Origin: a virus
Virus record (IMG/VR): IMGVR_UViG_3300036861_001052
Coordinates: 74,415 to 138,414 of that record
DNA: 64,000 nucleotides
Reading direction: 5' to 3' (one strand)
The notes below the pieces were generated by a model. That model was not told the DNA's origin. It was given only the letters and a program-made list of their open reading frames with translations, and did no database searches. The translations under genes were made by a program, and so were the position numbers. The stretch's first letter is position 1. Each line of letters starts with the position of its first letter. This document shows positions 1-9,007 of this stretch, piece after piece.

Positions 1-2387
1 AGTACACCCGTGGGCTTCGTCACGAAGCGAAGCGCCGCGGCATCGACGACGACGAGTTCGTGAAGATGACCGACGAGGAGCGCGACCGGGTGCGAGAAGA
101 GTACCCGGAGAGGCCGCCCGGAAAGAGAAAGCCGCGGACTGTCGATGAGGTTGCTCAGGCGCACGCCGCGCGCGTTGCGGACGTGGTGGATCAAGATCTC
201 TCGTCGCCGGGCCCCTACTCGCCTGCATCCGAGGTGCCGGCGATCGAGGAAGACCCCGCGCGGCGCGACAGGCCGACGCTCGACGAAGTCGTGCCTGTCG
301 AAAACAAGGATCTGGTCGGATGGGAGACACCGCGGAATCTTCGTGACGTCTTCGCGCGCTACACGATCGGCGACGGCCAGCACTACATCCGGGTCGAGCG
401 CATCGAGCCGCGAGTCTTCCAGCAGATCGCTACCTCGGGCTACCTCGGCGAGATCCGGGAGCCGCTCACGGAGGAAGAGTTTCACGCTTTCTACGGCGGG
501 CGGATCTACGAGCTCAGCGTCTACGGTCCCGACACGCAAGGCAGGCGCGATCCCGTGACGGGGCATCCTCTCATCAAACCGAAGACGAAGCCCTTCCGGT
601 ACACGGTGCCGATGTATCCCCCGAATCTCGCCGTGCTTCCGGGCACGAATCCGACGAAGAAGAAAAACGGAGATCCCATGCATCCCTTCTCCATGTTCCA
701 GTCGCCTGTCCTTCCGACGACGCCGGCGGACGCATCCATGCACAAGTCGAACCTCGACTTCGTAGCGCAGGTCATCGAGCGCTCGGCCGAGGAGAGTCGT
801 GAGCTACGAAAAGAGCTTCAGTCGAAAGGATCGGCCGACGTGGACGTCCTGCGTGTGATTGGTGACCAGAGTAAGAGCGTCGTCGAGCAGGCAAACCGCG
901 CCTCTGAGGCGCGCGAGCGAAGCCTCCTCGACCAGCTCGAAAACGAACGCGAGCAGCGGCGCGAGCTCGCCGCAAAGCTCGACAAGCTCCAGGAGCAGAT
1001 GTCGGCCGAGCCCCGGCAGAGCCCCGTGAAGGACGCGGTCGAGCTCATGAAGGTGACGAACCCCGCGCAGACCGCCGAGCAGCATCTCTCCCGCCAGAAC
1101 GAGTCGCACCGCTCCGAGGTCGCGAGCCTGAAGGAAAGCCACCGGGACGCCATCGAGACCTTGAAGTCGACGCATCGCGACGCGATCGAGACTATGAAGA
1201 GCCGCCAGGAGGAAGAGCTCAAGCGTCTTCGCGAGCGCGCGGACGAAATAGAGCGAAGCTACGGGCGCCGGCTCGAGGACGCGGAAAGGCGCCAGCGAGA
1301 GGTAGCACAAGAGCACAAGGATCAGATGGAGCAGCTCCGGCGGGACGAGCGGGCGGCAGCCGATCAGCGTGTGAAGGACACGGAGAAGCGTTTCGAGGAC
1401 AGGATCAGCGATATCAAGCTCCAGCAGGAGCGCGAGCTACGAATGCAGGAGGAGCAGCACAAGACGCGGGTCGAGACGACCAAGAGCAATCTCGAGCTCC
1501 AGCTCTCGAACCAGAAGGAGCGCGTGAAGCGTCTCGAGGACGAGGTCAGCGAAGCGCGCGCGGAGCTCGCCGAGGCGGGAGATCCAGTGGCGGTCGTCGA
1601 GAAGCAGGAGAAGATCGCAAAGTCTCTCGGCTGGAGGAAAGAAGAGAAGGACGGGCCGCAGACGGCCGGGGAAAGATTTGCGGCGACGGTCGGCATCGGC
1701 CTCGGCAAATCACTCGAGGACATGGGGACGTGGCTCCCGAAGGTTGCTGAGGCGTTTCGAAAGCAGCCGCTCGGGGGCCCGCCGGTTGGCGTGCCGCCGG
1801 GTCTGCCCGGGCGAAGGCCGGGGCCGCCGGGGCAGCGAGGACCGGGACCGGGACAGCGGCGAGCGGTCGCGTGGGCGACGCAGGGATCGATCCCCATCAC
1901 CGATCACCGCCCGAGCATGCCGCCCGAAGCGCCGCCGGCCGCGCCGCCTCCTCAGCCAGAGGCAGCGCCCGCGCCGCAGCAGCAAGCCGCGCCTCCGCCC
2001 GAGGCGCCTCCGCCAGCGGCCGCTCCGGCCGAGCCCGCGCCTTCCAATGGTGCGGCGCCGTACCCGGGAGGGATCCCGGAAATTCCGATGGAGTTCGTGC
2101 AGGCGTTCCGGACGGAAGTGGAGATGTCGATCGACGGCGGACGGAGCCCAGACGAATTCGCACGGCTCTTCGTCGAGCGGTTTCCCGATCCCGCGCGCGA
2201 GCTCGTCACGCTCTACAAGGCCGAAGATCTCATGAAGCTCGTCGAGTCCCTCCCGAACGGCCCCTCGAGCAACATCCTCCGCCGTGACGGAAAGCGCTGG
2301 GTAGAAAAGCTCTGGGCCGCGATCCCGATCGAGTACGCAAAAATGGCGAGCGCTGCAGCGGCGGCTCAGGCATCATCCGGCGTATGA
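1..2387 (+). CDS. Large coiled-coil and Pro-rich protein, 5'-truncated by the window edge
   Basis: The frame of ORF 60..2387 stays open back to position 3. It has a long E/R/K/Q heptad-rich central region, a Pro/Ala-rich linker and a small helical C-terminal domain. Confidence 0.75.
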   Translation, partial: YTRGLRHEAKRRGIDDDEFVKMTDEERDRVREEYPERPPGKRKPRTVDEVAQAHAARVADVVDQDLSSPGPYSPASEVPAIEEDPARRDRPTLDEVVPVENKDLVGWETPRNLRDVFARYTIGDGQHYIRVERIEPRVFQQIATSGYLGEIREPLTEEEFHAFYGGRIYELSVYGPDTQGRRDPVTGHPLIKPKTKPFRYTVPMYPPNLAVLPGTNPTKKKNGDPMHPFSMFQSPVLPTTPADASMHKSNLDFVAQVIERSAEESRELRKELQSKGSADVDVLRVIGDQSKSVVEQANRASEARERSLLDQLENEREQRRELAAKLDKLQEQMSAEPRQSPVKDAVELMKVTNPAQTAEQHLSRQNESHRSEVASLKESHRDAIETLKSTHRDAIETMKSRQEEELKRLRERADEIERSYGRRLEDAERRQREVAQEHKDQMEQLRRDERAAADQRVKDTEKRFEDRISDIKLQQERELRMQEEQHKTRVETTKSNLELQLSNQKERVKRLEDEVSEARAELAEAGDPVAVVEKQEKIAKSLGWRKEEKDGPQTAGERFAATVGIGLGKSLEDMGTWLPKVAEAFRKQPLGGPPVGVPPGLPGRRPGPPGQRGPGPGQRRAVAWATQGSIPITDHRPSMPPEAPPAAPPPQPEAAPAPQQQAAPPPEAPPPAAAPAEPAPSNGAAPYPGGIPEIPMEFVQAFRTEVEMSIDGGRSPDEFARLFVERFPDPARELVTLYKAEDLMKLVESLPNGPSSNILRRDGKRWVEKLWAAIPIEYAKMASAAAAAQASSGV

Positions 2388-3163
2388 CACCGACCATCGC
2401 GATTCTGAACCGGACCACGATCCTCGACGACGCGGCCTTTCATCCGGTCGTCTCCGCGCTTCAAAAGCAGGTCTCGGGAGACTTCGCGCCGCTCTGGAGG
2501 CGAGACGCCTCGCTCGTGCACGTGGCTAAGAGCGAGACGCCGCCTCCGGGAGCCTGGCAGGTCGTCGTCTCAGACACGATCGCGATGGCGGGCGCGCTCG
2601 GGTATCACGATTTCACGCATGCGGGCCTTCCGATCAGCAAGGTCGCGGCCAAGACTCACGGCAAGTGGACGGTGACGTTGTCCCACGAGGTGCTCGAGAT
2701 GCTCGGAGACCCCGACATCGTGAGGGCGGCGTTCATACAGACGAGCCCCTTTCGGGCGCTCGTCTACGCCTACGAGAATTGCGATCCGGTCGAGGACGAT
2801 CGCTTCGGCTACGACATCGACGGCGTGACTCTCTCGGACTTCGTGACCGAGGAGTGGTTCGAGCCGGGCAGGTTTGGTGTGAAGTTTTCGTTTCGAGACA
2901 CGGTCAAGCGTCCGCTGACGCTCGCGCCAGGCGGCTACATTTCTGTCTACAGGACGCCGGGCATCGGGCGCTGGATACAAGTCACGGCACGCGAGGACAC
3001 GTACGCCGTGCACGAGGGCAATGTCAGCGAGATCACGCGCATGTACGCCGGGGAGCAGCACGGCTCCTACACGAATCTCTACCGGAATCTCCCGAACGTC
3101 GGCTCCCGCCGCGAGCGCCGGAACCGGTCGCGCATCGAGTGGATGCGAAGCGACACCCCGTGA
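2384..3163 (+). CDS. Putative zincin-like metallopeptidase (HExxE variant)
   Basis: Motifs ALGYH, TLSHEVLEMLGDP and ENCDPVE; ATGA overlap with the upstream gene. Confidence 0.55.
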   Translation: MTPTIAILNRTTILDDAAFHPVVSALQKQVSGDFAPLWRRDASLVHVAKSETPPPGAWQVVVSDTIAMAGALGYHDFTHAGLPISKVAAKTHGKWTVTLSHEVLEMLGDPDIVRAAFIQTSPFRALVYAYENCDPVEDDRFGYDIDGVTLSDFVTEEWFEPGRFGVKFSFRDTVKRPLTLAPGGYISVYRTPGIGRWIQVTAREDTYAVHEGNVSEITRMYAGEQHGSYTNLYRNLPNVGSRRERRNRSRIEWMRSDTP

Positions 3164-3184
3164 GCTACTCGGCGCGGCCTGCCA

Positions 3185-3396
3185 TGAAGCCCGAGACGCG
3201 GCAGCGTCTCATGCGGGACTACGCCTTCGCGCGAAAGCTCGTCGAGCACGGGCACCGCGCGGGCACGAGTAAGCACGGCGTCGTGGTTTCGTACAATGGC
3301 TACGTCTGGCGGGTCGTGGGTGGTGACGCCGTGCATCCTTCGCTCATGATCCTCCACGGCGTCCGCGAGGAGGACGTGTGCTGGATGAGGCCGTGA
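3185..3396 (+). CDS. Small hypothetical protein (MKPETRQRLMRDY...); start approximate
   Basis: 3' part of ORF 2665..3396; fills the gap after the peptidase gene. Confidence 0.45.
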
Positions 3397-3408
3397 CGGG
3401 CTAGCCCC

Positions 3409-3438
3409 TTGCCAGAGTCTCGGCCTCGGCAGTAAACT
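3409..3438 (+). promoter_or_regulatory. Sigma70-like promoter, probably giving a leaderless or near-leaderless mRNA
   Basis: TTGCCA-18 nt-TAAACT, with the ATG 8 nt downstream and no SD. Confidence 0.5.
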
Positions 3439-3446
3439 CCCGGGAC

Positions 3447-3980
3447 ATGTACCAGAGCACGGGACTTGGTCGCGGCGGCGGAGGTGGTGGGCACGGCGGC
3501 GGCGGTCATGGCGGGGGAGGCCACGGCGGTGGGGGTCATGGTGGCGGAGGCGGTGCTCGCGCGGGCGGTGGAGGCGGAGCGCGTGTCAGCGGAGGCGGCG
3601 GAGCGCGTCACGGCGGCGGCGGCCATCACGGTGGTCACCACGGCGGACGCGGCCGCGGTCCCACGAACGTTTTCGTGACCGACGGCGGCTGGGGACCTGG
3701 ATGGGGCTGGGGGCCCGGCTATGCGGAGACCGTGTACGTCGACTCGTCGTGCGCTGTCGTCGACGACAGCGGCGTCTGTGTTTGTAAGTCTTTGAATCTC
3801 GACGGCAGCTGCGCGCGGCCCATCATCGGCTGGGTCGGCGGTCGCCCGGTCTACGGACTCGGCGCGGACGAAGAGAAGGCATCGGTCGCGCCCTGGATCG
3901 CCGGCGGGATCTTGCTCGCGCTTGCCGTCGGCGCGTACGCCCTCGATAAGAAGGGCCCAGCTCCGCTCCGTAGCTCGTAA
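3447..3980 (+). CDS. Gly/His-rich tail-anchored membrane protein
   Basis: GGGH repeats, Cys cluster, STGLG and VYGLG motifs, C-terminal TM followed by KK. Confidence 0.7.
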   Translation: MYQSTGLGRGGGGGGHGGGGHGGGGHGGGGHGGGGGARAGGGGGARVSGGGGARHGGGGHHGGHHGGRGRGPTNVFVTDGGWGPGWGWGPGYAETVYVDSSCAVVDDSGVCVCKSLNLDGSCARPIIGWVGGRPVYGLGADEEKASVAPWIAGGILLALAVGAYALDKKGPAPLRSS

Positions 3981-3989
3981 TCGCGGACC

Positions 3990-4241
3990 GTGCAGCTCAA
4001 GCGGTGCCGAGGAGTCTGCGGCGAAGAGTGGCCGATCGAGTCCTTCTCTCGCGATCCGGGTAACTCCGACGGTCGCCGGAACGAATGTAACGCTTGCCGG
4101 CAGGAGCGGCGGGCAGCGCTCGCTCTGGGCGCAGCGCGGAAACGGCCGTGGCAGCACAAATTCGAGCGGGGCTATGACTACACGACCGAGCGAGAGCGGC
4201 GGCGGGGCGAGGCTGCGGCGCGGCGGCGCATGATCGCATAG
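3990..4241 (+). CDS. Zn-finger protein of the type found N-terminal to HNH/EndoVII nucleases, without the nuclease domain
   Basis: KRCRGVCGEEWPIESFSRD...DGRRNECNAC pattern. Confidence 0.55.
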   Translation: MQLKRCRGVCGEEWPIESFSRDPGNSDGRRNECNACRQERRAALALGAARKRPWQHKFERGYDYTTERERRRGEAAARRRMIA

Positions 4242-4278
4242 GGGTTCTGGCCGGGAATTGCCCCGCCGGCGCCTCTAC

Positions 4279-4307
4279 TTGAGCTTCGGCCGGTGTCCCG
4301 GTAGAGT
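4279..4307 (+). promoter_or_regulatory. Sigma70-like promoter
   Basis: TTGAGC-17 nt-TAGAGT in the intergenic gap. Confidence 0.4.
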
Positions 4308-4426
4308 GAAGGCTGCAGGGCGCTCCCGACGCCGGCCTCGGGAAAGTTGTGCGCTCGCTCCTCCACCATCAACCGGCGACCTTCACACCAGGCTATCCTG
4401 GTGCTCTCGGTTGGTATGGCGAGCCG

Positions 4427-4969
4427 ATGGCGGGGACGCTCTCGAGAAATCCCCCGAACACGCTCGCGGGCTTTCAGGGGCACCCCGACACGCTTCGAGC
4501 GATGGTCCGCGCAGCGCACGGACCGCGGGGCGAGCAGAGCATCCTCGTCCGTAGCGTGACCGAGGAAGTGGTCGGGGACCTTCAGCCGAAGGACTACCTC
4601 GGTGAGATCTTGGCGATTCGCTACTGGGTGACCGAGCACATCCGGTACGTGAACGATTCTCTCCACGTCGAGATCGTGAAAGACCCGCAGCGAGTCATCG
4701 AAGAGATCCTCGCGCGCGGCCGCGCGGCGGAGGACTGCGACGGCATCGCTCTCATGATTGCCGTCATGTGCTTGCAGGTCGGACGCGTGGCGGAGTTCGT
4801 GGTGGTGGGCTTCGGCGAGCCGGGGCACTACAGCCACGTCTTCGTGAGAGTGAAGGAGCCACGGAGCGGCCAATGGATCGTGTGCGATCCGGTTGCGGGC
4901 TCCGACGAGCGCGGCATGCTCGACCGCGTGACGACGTTTTACACGAAGAGCCTAGACGAGGCGGCCTAA
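4427..4969 (+). CDS. Transglutaminase-like (papain-fold) cysteine protease/transamidase; candidate maturation protease
   Basis: IRYVND...EDCDGIALMIAVM...HYSHVFVRV...WIVCDP gives a Cys-His-Asp triad in transglutaminase-like order. ATG 4427 preferred over GTG 4349. Confidence 0.8.
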   Translation: MAGTLSRNPPNTLAGFQGHPDTLRAMVRAAHGPRGEQSILVRSVTEEVVGDLQPKDYLGEILAIRYWVTEHIRYVNDSLHVEIVKDPQRVIEEILARGRAAEDCDGIALMIAVMCLQVGRVAEFVVVGFGEPGHYSHVFVRVKEPRSGQWIVCDPVAGSDERGMLDRVTTFYTKSLDEAA

Positions 4970-5691
4970 TGTCGAGCAGGTTCCAGAGTCTCAGGCCTCC
5001 GTACCCGGTCTACGAGTCGCAACCGATCTTCGGCGGGGACTTGCCGACGATCGACGAGATCGGTCCGCCCGACGTCCGGGCTTCCGCCACGAACCCCTAC
5101 TACGACATGTATCGTGGTGCGCACGGTCGGAATTTCTCTGGCCTCGGAGTAACCAACATGATGAGTGCAGACCGCGGTCTCCAGGATTACCCGAACGAGC
5201 TAGATCTCCTGGCGGAGATGGACGACGTGCAAGGCAACGGCGTCTTCGATCCGCACGGCTCGCACGGAAACATCCATCCCGACGAGGGCGTCTTCGCCGA
5301 TCACGAAAACCTCCCGGGCTATCTCGTCCGGGACGAGTACTACGCCCCGAGCCAGGTCATCGACGGCACGACGGGCGAGCCCGTGATGTACGTGCCGGGC
5401 GGAGCCGTGGCGATCGATCAGTCGCAGCTCGACACCTACCGCGACCGGCAGCTCCTCTGGGAGATCCCGCCCGGGATGAGCGCTGAGCACCGAGAGGCGC
5501 CGCCGGACGGCGAGACGTGGATCCCACACGAGTACTCGTGGCCCATCTCGGGCATCGGCGAGGAGATTTCCCCGCCGGGGAGCGACACGGCGTCGCTTCC
5601 GGGGCAGAAGAGCAAGGTGCCGCTGATTGCGTCGTTCGCGATCATCGGCGTCGCCGTCGGAGTCTTCGTCGCAACACTGGTGAAGAAATGA
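4969..5691 (+). CDS. Tail-anchored membrane protein
   Basis: TAATG coupling; FSGLG and ISGIG motifs; C-terminal TM + KK. Confidence 0.75.
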   Translation: MSSRFQSLRPPYPVYESQPIFGGDLPTIDEIGPPDVRASATNPYYDMYRGAHGRNFSGLGVTNMMSADRGLQDYPNELDLLAEMDDVQGNGVFDPHGSHGNIHPDEGVFADHENLPGYLVRDEYYAPSQVIDGTTGEPVMYVPGGAVAIDQSQLDTYRDRQLLWEIPPGMSAEHREAPPDGETWIPHEYSWPISGIGEEISPPGSDTASLPGQKSKVPLIASFAIIGVAVGVFVATLVKK

Positions 5692-6098
5692 GCGGAGCCT
5701 ACCAAAGCATTCTGCCGGAGTTCGATGTGTTCAGGTCGCCGGGTCCCGTGAGGGAGCCTCCCGGAGGTCAGATGCTCGGCGGCGTAAAGCCCCATCGCGC
5801 CGCCGCCTTCATCCTGAATCCCGGCGTTGCCGCGATGCGGGGCCTCGGGCAAACCGAGACGCCTGGCGCTCCGCCCGCGCCGGTCATGCCGCCGGAGCCA
5901 AAGAAGCTTCCCGTGTGGGCCGCGGTCGGGATCTTGGGGCTCGTCGGATACCTCGGATACGAGATCGGGAGCGCGATGACGCCTTCCGGATCCAAGAAGA
6001 CGACGTGGGGTCTCATCGGGATCCCCGTGACGCTTTTCACGGGCCCCTTGGGCCTCGGCGTGATGGGGATCGTCTCCAATCACCAGAGGAGAAGCTGA
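5688..6098 (+). CDS. Membrane protein (2-3 TM)
   Basis: ATGA coupling; MRGLG motif before a Pro-rich linker and hydrophobic helices. Confidence 0.7.
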   Translation: MSGAYQSILPEFDVFRSPGPVREPPGGQMLGGVKPHRAAAFILNPGVAAMRGLGQTETPGAPPAPVMPPEPKKLPVWAAVGILGLVGYLGYEIGSAMTPSGSKKTTWGLIGIPVTLFTGPLGLGVMGIVSNHQRRS

Positions 6099-6101
6099 GC
6101 C

Positions 6102-6383
6102 ATGAGAGGCATTGGAGCGTACTCACTAACCACGGCGAGTCATCCAGATCCAACCGGAATGCGGTGCGGAGACGGGAGGACCGCTATCAAGGAGTCGAAC
6201 GGTAGCATCTGGTGCTACTCCGATGCCGAGCTCGCTGCGCTCAGGGCAGCTGGTGCTGGCGTTACGGTGCGCAACGCGACTCCATTCGAGCGGTTTACCC
6301 ATTCGCTCACGGAAGTTCCGTGGTGGGTCTATGCAGGCATTGGCGCTGGTGGACTCTGGTTCTTGTTGGGGAGGAAGCACTAA
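6102..6383 (+). CDS. Small tail-anchored membrane protein with lower-GC codon usage
   Basis: N-terminal MRGIG, Cys pair, TM + RKH. Confidence 0.7.
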   Translation: MRGIGAYSLTTASHPDPTGMRCGDGRTAIKESNGSIWCYSDAELAALRAAGAGVTVRNATPFERFTHSLTEVPWWVYAGIGAGGLWFLLGRKH

Positions 6384-6709
6384 TGGGCTGCGGTTGCTCG
6401 GCGCCTCTCGGTGACTCGATGAACACCTACCAGGGCCCTGTTCCGCCCGGCGTGCCGAATCCGTTCACGCCGATGCTGCACTCGTTTCCGACGCGCTACC
6501 ACGGCCCGATCTACACGCGCCCCATGAACCAATTCCCCTGGCGCGAGCGCCCGAACGACTTCGCGCTCGAAGAGGGCATGCAGGGACTCGGCGCGGACGA
6601 CGACAAGGCAATCCCGCCGGCGTGGAAGATGGCCGTCGCCGCGGGCCTCGTGGGCATCACGATCTGGGCCGTCGTCAAATGGGCGGACGCCCAGCCAAGG
6701 AGGGCGTGA
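6383..6709 (+). CDS. Small tail-anchored membrane protein
   Basis: TAATG coupling; starts MGCGC; MQGLG just before the TM. Confidence 0.7.
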   Translation: MGCGCSAPLGDSMNTYQGPVPPGVPNPFTPMLHSFPTRYHGPIYTRPMNQFPWRERPNDFALEEGMQGLGADDDKAIPPAWKMAVAAGLVGITIWAVVKWADAQPRRA

Positions 6710-7164
6710 TGTACAGGCGCGACGGTCAGCCGATGCCCGAGCACGAAGAGGGCGCCGCCTTCTTCAAGCCGATTGCGGGGCCCGAAGCGGAGACGGGTCA
6801 GATCTGGGGCGTCCAGAAGAATCTCCTCACGCACGGGTTCAATGTGCACGGTCTCGGCGTCCCGGCGATCGATCCCAACACGAGCATGATCTCCGACGAG
6901 GAGGCCGCGCTCCGGAGCGGAGCGGAGACGCTCCCCGAAGTGAGGATCGAGGGCCAGCCCATGGGCGGCGCAGAGTTCTACGAGAGCTCCTTCTGGAGAC
7001 TTCTCGCTGTCGCCGGCATGGCCGTCGGCGCCTACCACGGATACAAGCGGAACAATTCCGTGGGTTGGGGCATCGGCTGGGGACTTCTCGGCGGACTCGT
7101 TCCGATCATCGTGATCCCGATTGCACTCGCACAAGGGATCGGAAAACCCAAAGGCAGGTCGTGA
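6709..7164 (+). CDS. Membrane protein (2 TM)
   Basis: TGATG coupling; VHGLG motif; AYHGYKRNNSVGWGIGW hairpin. Confidence 0.7.
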   Translation: MYRRDGQPMPEHEEGAAFFKPIAGPEAETGQIWGVQKNLLTHGFNVHGLGVPAIDPNTSMISDEEAALRSGAETLPEVRIEGQPMGGAEFYESSFWRLLAVAGMAVGAYHGYKRNNSVGWGIGWGLLGGLVPIIVIPIALAQGIGKPKGRS

Positions 7165-8024
7165 TGGACGTCAATACTCGAGGCGGTCTTTTTGGTCCCG
7201 GCGGCTACGGCGGCGGGATCTTCGACGGATCCCAGATGGGCTTCGGAGGGCTCGGACAGTCCGAGCAGGCCGCGGCCGGCATCGGCCTCGGCGCGACGAC
7301 CGGCGCCTTTCAGTGGTGCAGCAAGACGAGCCCGTGCGCGACCGGCGATCCGAGGGTGAAGTCTCTTCAGACGGCGCTTAACCGCGTGCTCGCGGCGCAC
7401 GGCATGAAGCCGCTCGTCGTCGACGGGAAATTCGGCGCGGCGACGTGCGGCGCCATGGTGTGGCTCGCGGCCGTGCCGGTCGCCGAGTGGCAGAACGACC
7501 CCGTTCTCTCGTCGGCGCACGACTACATGATCGACGCGAGTGGCCACGCCGTGTGCCAGTCGTACACGGCTCCGACCCGGGTCGGATCCACGACGCCGGT
7601 CGACATCAACAAGGAGATCGGGATCCAGCTCCCGAGCGTGTCGGCGCCCTGGATGCAGCCGAATGGAGATCTGCCGGGCCTGCAGCAGGGGATCAATCAC
7701 GATCTCTCCGAGCACGGATTCGATCCGATCTCCGTGACGGGCATGCTCGACGCAGAGACCTGCGGAGCGATGCTCTACGCGAAGGAACACTGGGGGATGA
7801 GCGAGTACCTCCAGCGCTACGGCCAGAACTGCCAGGCGTTCACGGCGCCGCACCAGCACGCCGTGCCGGTAACGCCCGGGCCTGCGCCCACGCACGACGA
7901 GGAAACGCCGCACGCGGCGGTCGGCGCGAAGAAGAGCGGCGTCTCGACGGCGTGGGTTCTCGGCGGCCTTGCTGCCGCGGCGGGCGTCGCGGGTCTGGTC
8001 GCCATGAACAAGAAGAGGCGCTAG
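7164..8024 (+). CDS. Tail-anchored protein with two peptidoglycan-binding-like domains
   Basis: VKSLQTALN...LVVDGKFGAATCGAM and LQQGIN...ISVTGMLDAETCGAM resemble PG_binding_1; FGGLG and GIGLG motifs; TM + KKRR. Confidence 0.7.
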   Translation: MDVNTRGGLFGPGGYGGGIFDGSQMGFGGLGQSEQAAAGIGLGATTGAFQWCSKTSPCATGDPRVKSLQTALNRVLAAHGMKPLVVDGKFGAATCGAMVWLAAVPVAEWQNDPVLSSAHDYMIDASGHAVCQSYTAPTRVGSTTPVDINKEIGIQLPSVSAPWMQPNGDLPGLQQGINHDLSEHGFDPISVTGMLDAETCGAMLYAKEHWGMSEYLQRYGQNCQAFTAPHQHAVPVTPGPAPTHDEETPHAAVGAKKSGVSTAWVLGGLAAAAGVAGLVAMNKKRR

Positions 8025-8635
8025 TGTCGAACTTCGGTCCCATCGCGTACGAAGACTTCTCCCAGCTGAACGCTCGGTGGGGAGAGGCGCGGCCTGCCGT
8101 TGCCGGTCTCGGCGTCGTGTCGGGGCCGCACGACTACGTCGATCTCTCCTACCTGAACGCCCACTACCGGCCGATCCAGCCGGCGGGCGTCGGCATGGGA
8201 AACGGGATCCTCTCCTCGAACTCGCTCGGCATGCTGTCGGGCGGAGGGCTCGGCGAAGATCCGAGCTATCCCTGGCGGGAGTACAGCGCGGACACGAAGG
8301 CGCTCCAGCAAGCGACCAACGAGGCCCTCCAGGCGCACGGCTACGCCCCGATCACGGCCGACGGAAAGCTCGGGCCCGCGACGTGCGGCGCCATCCGCGC
8401 CATGTGCCAGTACGCCGGCGCGGGCTGCGAGGCTCCGGGGACCTGTCAGGACTTCGCGGCGCCTGTGAAGGCTGGCGGCGGCTCGCTCCTCTCGAAGTCG
8501 ACCGGGACGAAGACGACGACCGCGTCGCGCGCGAGCATGTTCGGGGGCGGCGGCACGAACTGGATGCTCATCGGCGGCGCGATCGCTGCGGTCGCGGTCG
8601 GCGGCGCCATCATCTACAAGGCGGCGAAGAAATAG
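8024..8635 (+). CDS. Tail-anchored protein with a peptidoglycan-binding-like domain
   Basis: TAGTG coupling; TKALQQATNEALQAHGY..ITADGKLGPATCGAI; VAGLG and GGGLG; TM + KAAKK. Confidence 0.7.
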   Translation: MSNFGPIAYEDFSQLNARWGEARPAVAGLGVVSGPHDYVDLSYLNAHYRPIQPAGVGMGNGILSSNSLGMLSGGGLGEDPSYPWREYSADTKALQQATNEALQAHGYAPITADGKLGPATCGAIRAMCQYAGAGCEAPGTCQDFAAPVKAGGGSLLSKSTGTKTTTASRASMFGGGGTNWMLIGGAIAAVAVGGAIIYKAAKK

Positions 8636-9007
8636 ATGCCGACTCCGATCGACGTCGTGCAGTCCCGGCTCGGTGTCCCGCGATCGGGACACTGGGATAG
8701 GACCACCGACGGGGCGATCCTCGCCTACCAGTCGAGCGGCAAGGGTCAGTACCCGATGCGGCCGACGGGGCATCCCGATCCGGCGACGCTCGCCAATCTC
8801 GGCTACTTCGATCCCAAAGAGATGCTCCCCGAGCGCTGGGCGAACTACCTCGGGGGCGGGGCTAAACCGGGGACGTTCGGGAGGGACGTCCGGACGGCGA
8901 TCGATCAGGTCCCGCGCTGGGCGTGGGGCACGGTTGCCGCGGCGTTTTCGGTGTTCGCGATCATGGCGTACCGGACCGATCGAAAGCGCGAGAAAGGCGG
9001 CCGCTAG
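8636..9007 (+). CDS. Small peptidoglycan-binding-like tail-anchored protein
   Basis: VQSRLGVPRSGHWDRTTDGAILAYQ...PTGHPDPATLANLG; TM + basic tail. Confidence 0.65.
   Translation: MPTPIDVVQSRLGVPRSGHWDRTTDGAILAYQSSGKGQYPMRPTGHPDPATLANLGYFDPKEMLPERWANYLGGGAKPGTFGRDVRTAIDQVPRWAWGTVAAAFSVFAIMAYRTDRKREKGGR

Noticed and set aside
3990-4241. HNH or EndoVII homing endonuclease
   Set aside because: Only the N-terminal Zn-finger pattern is present; no nuclease motif follows.
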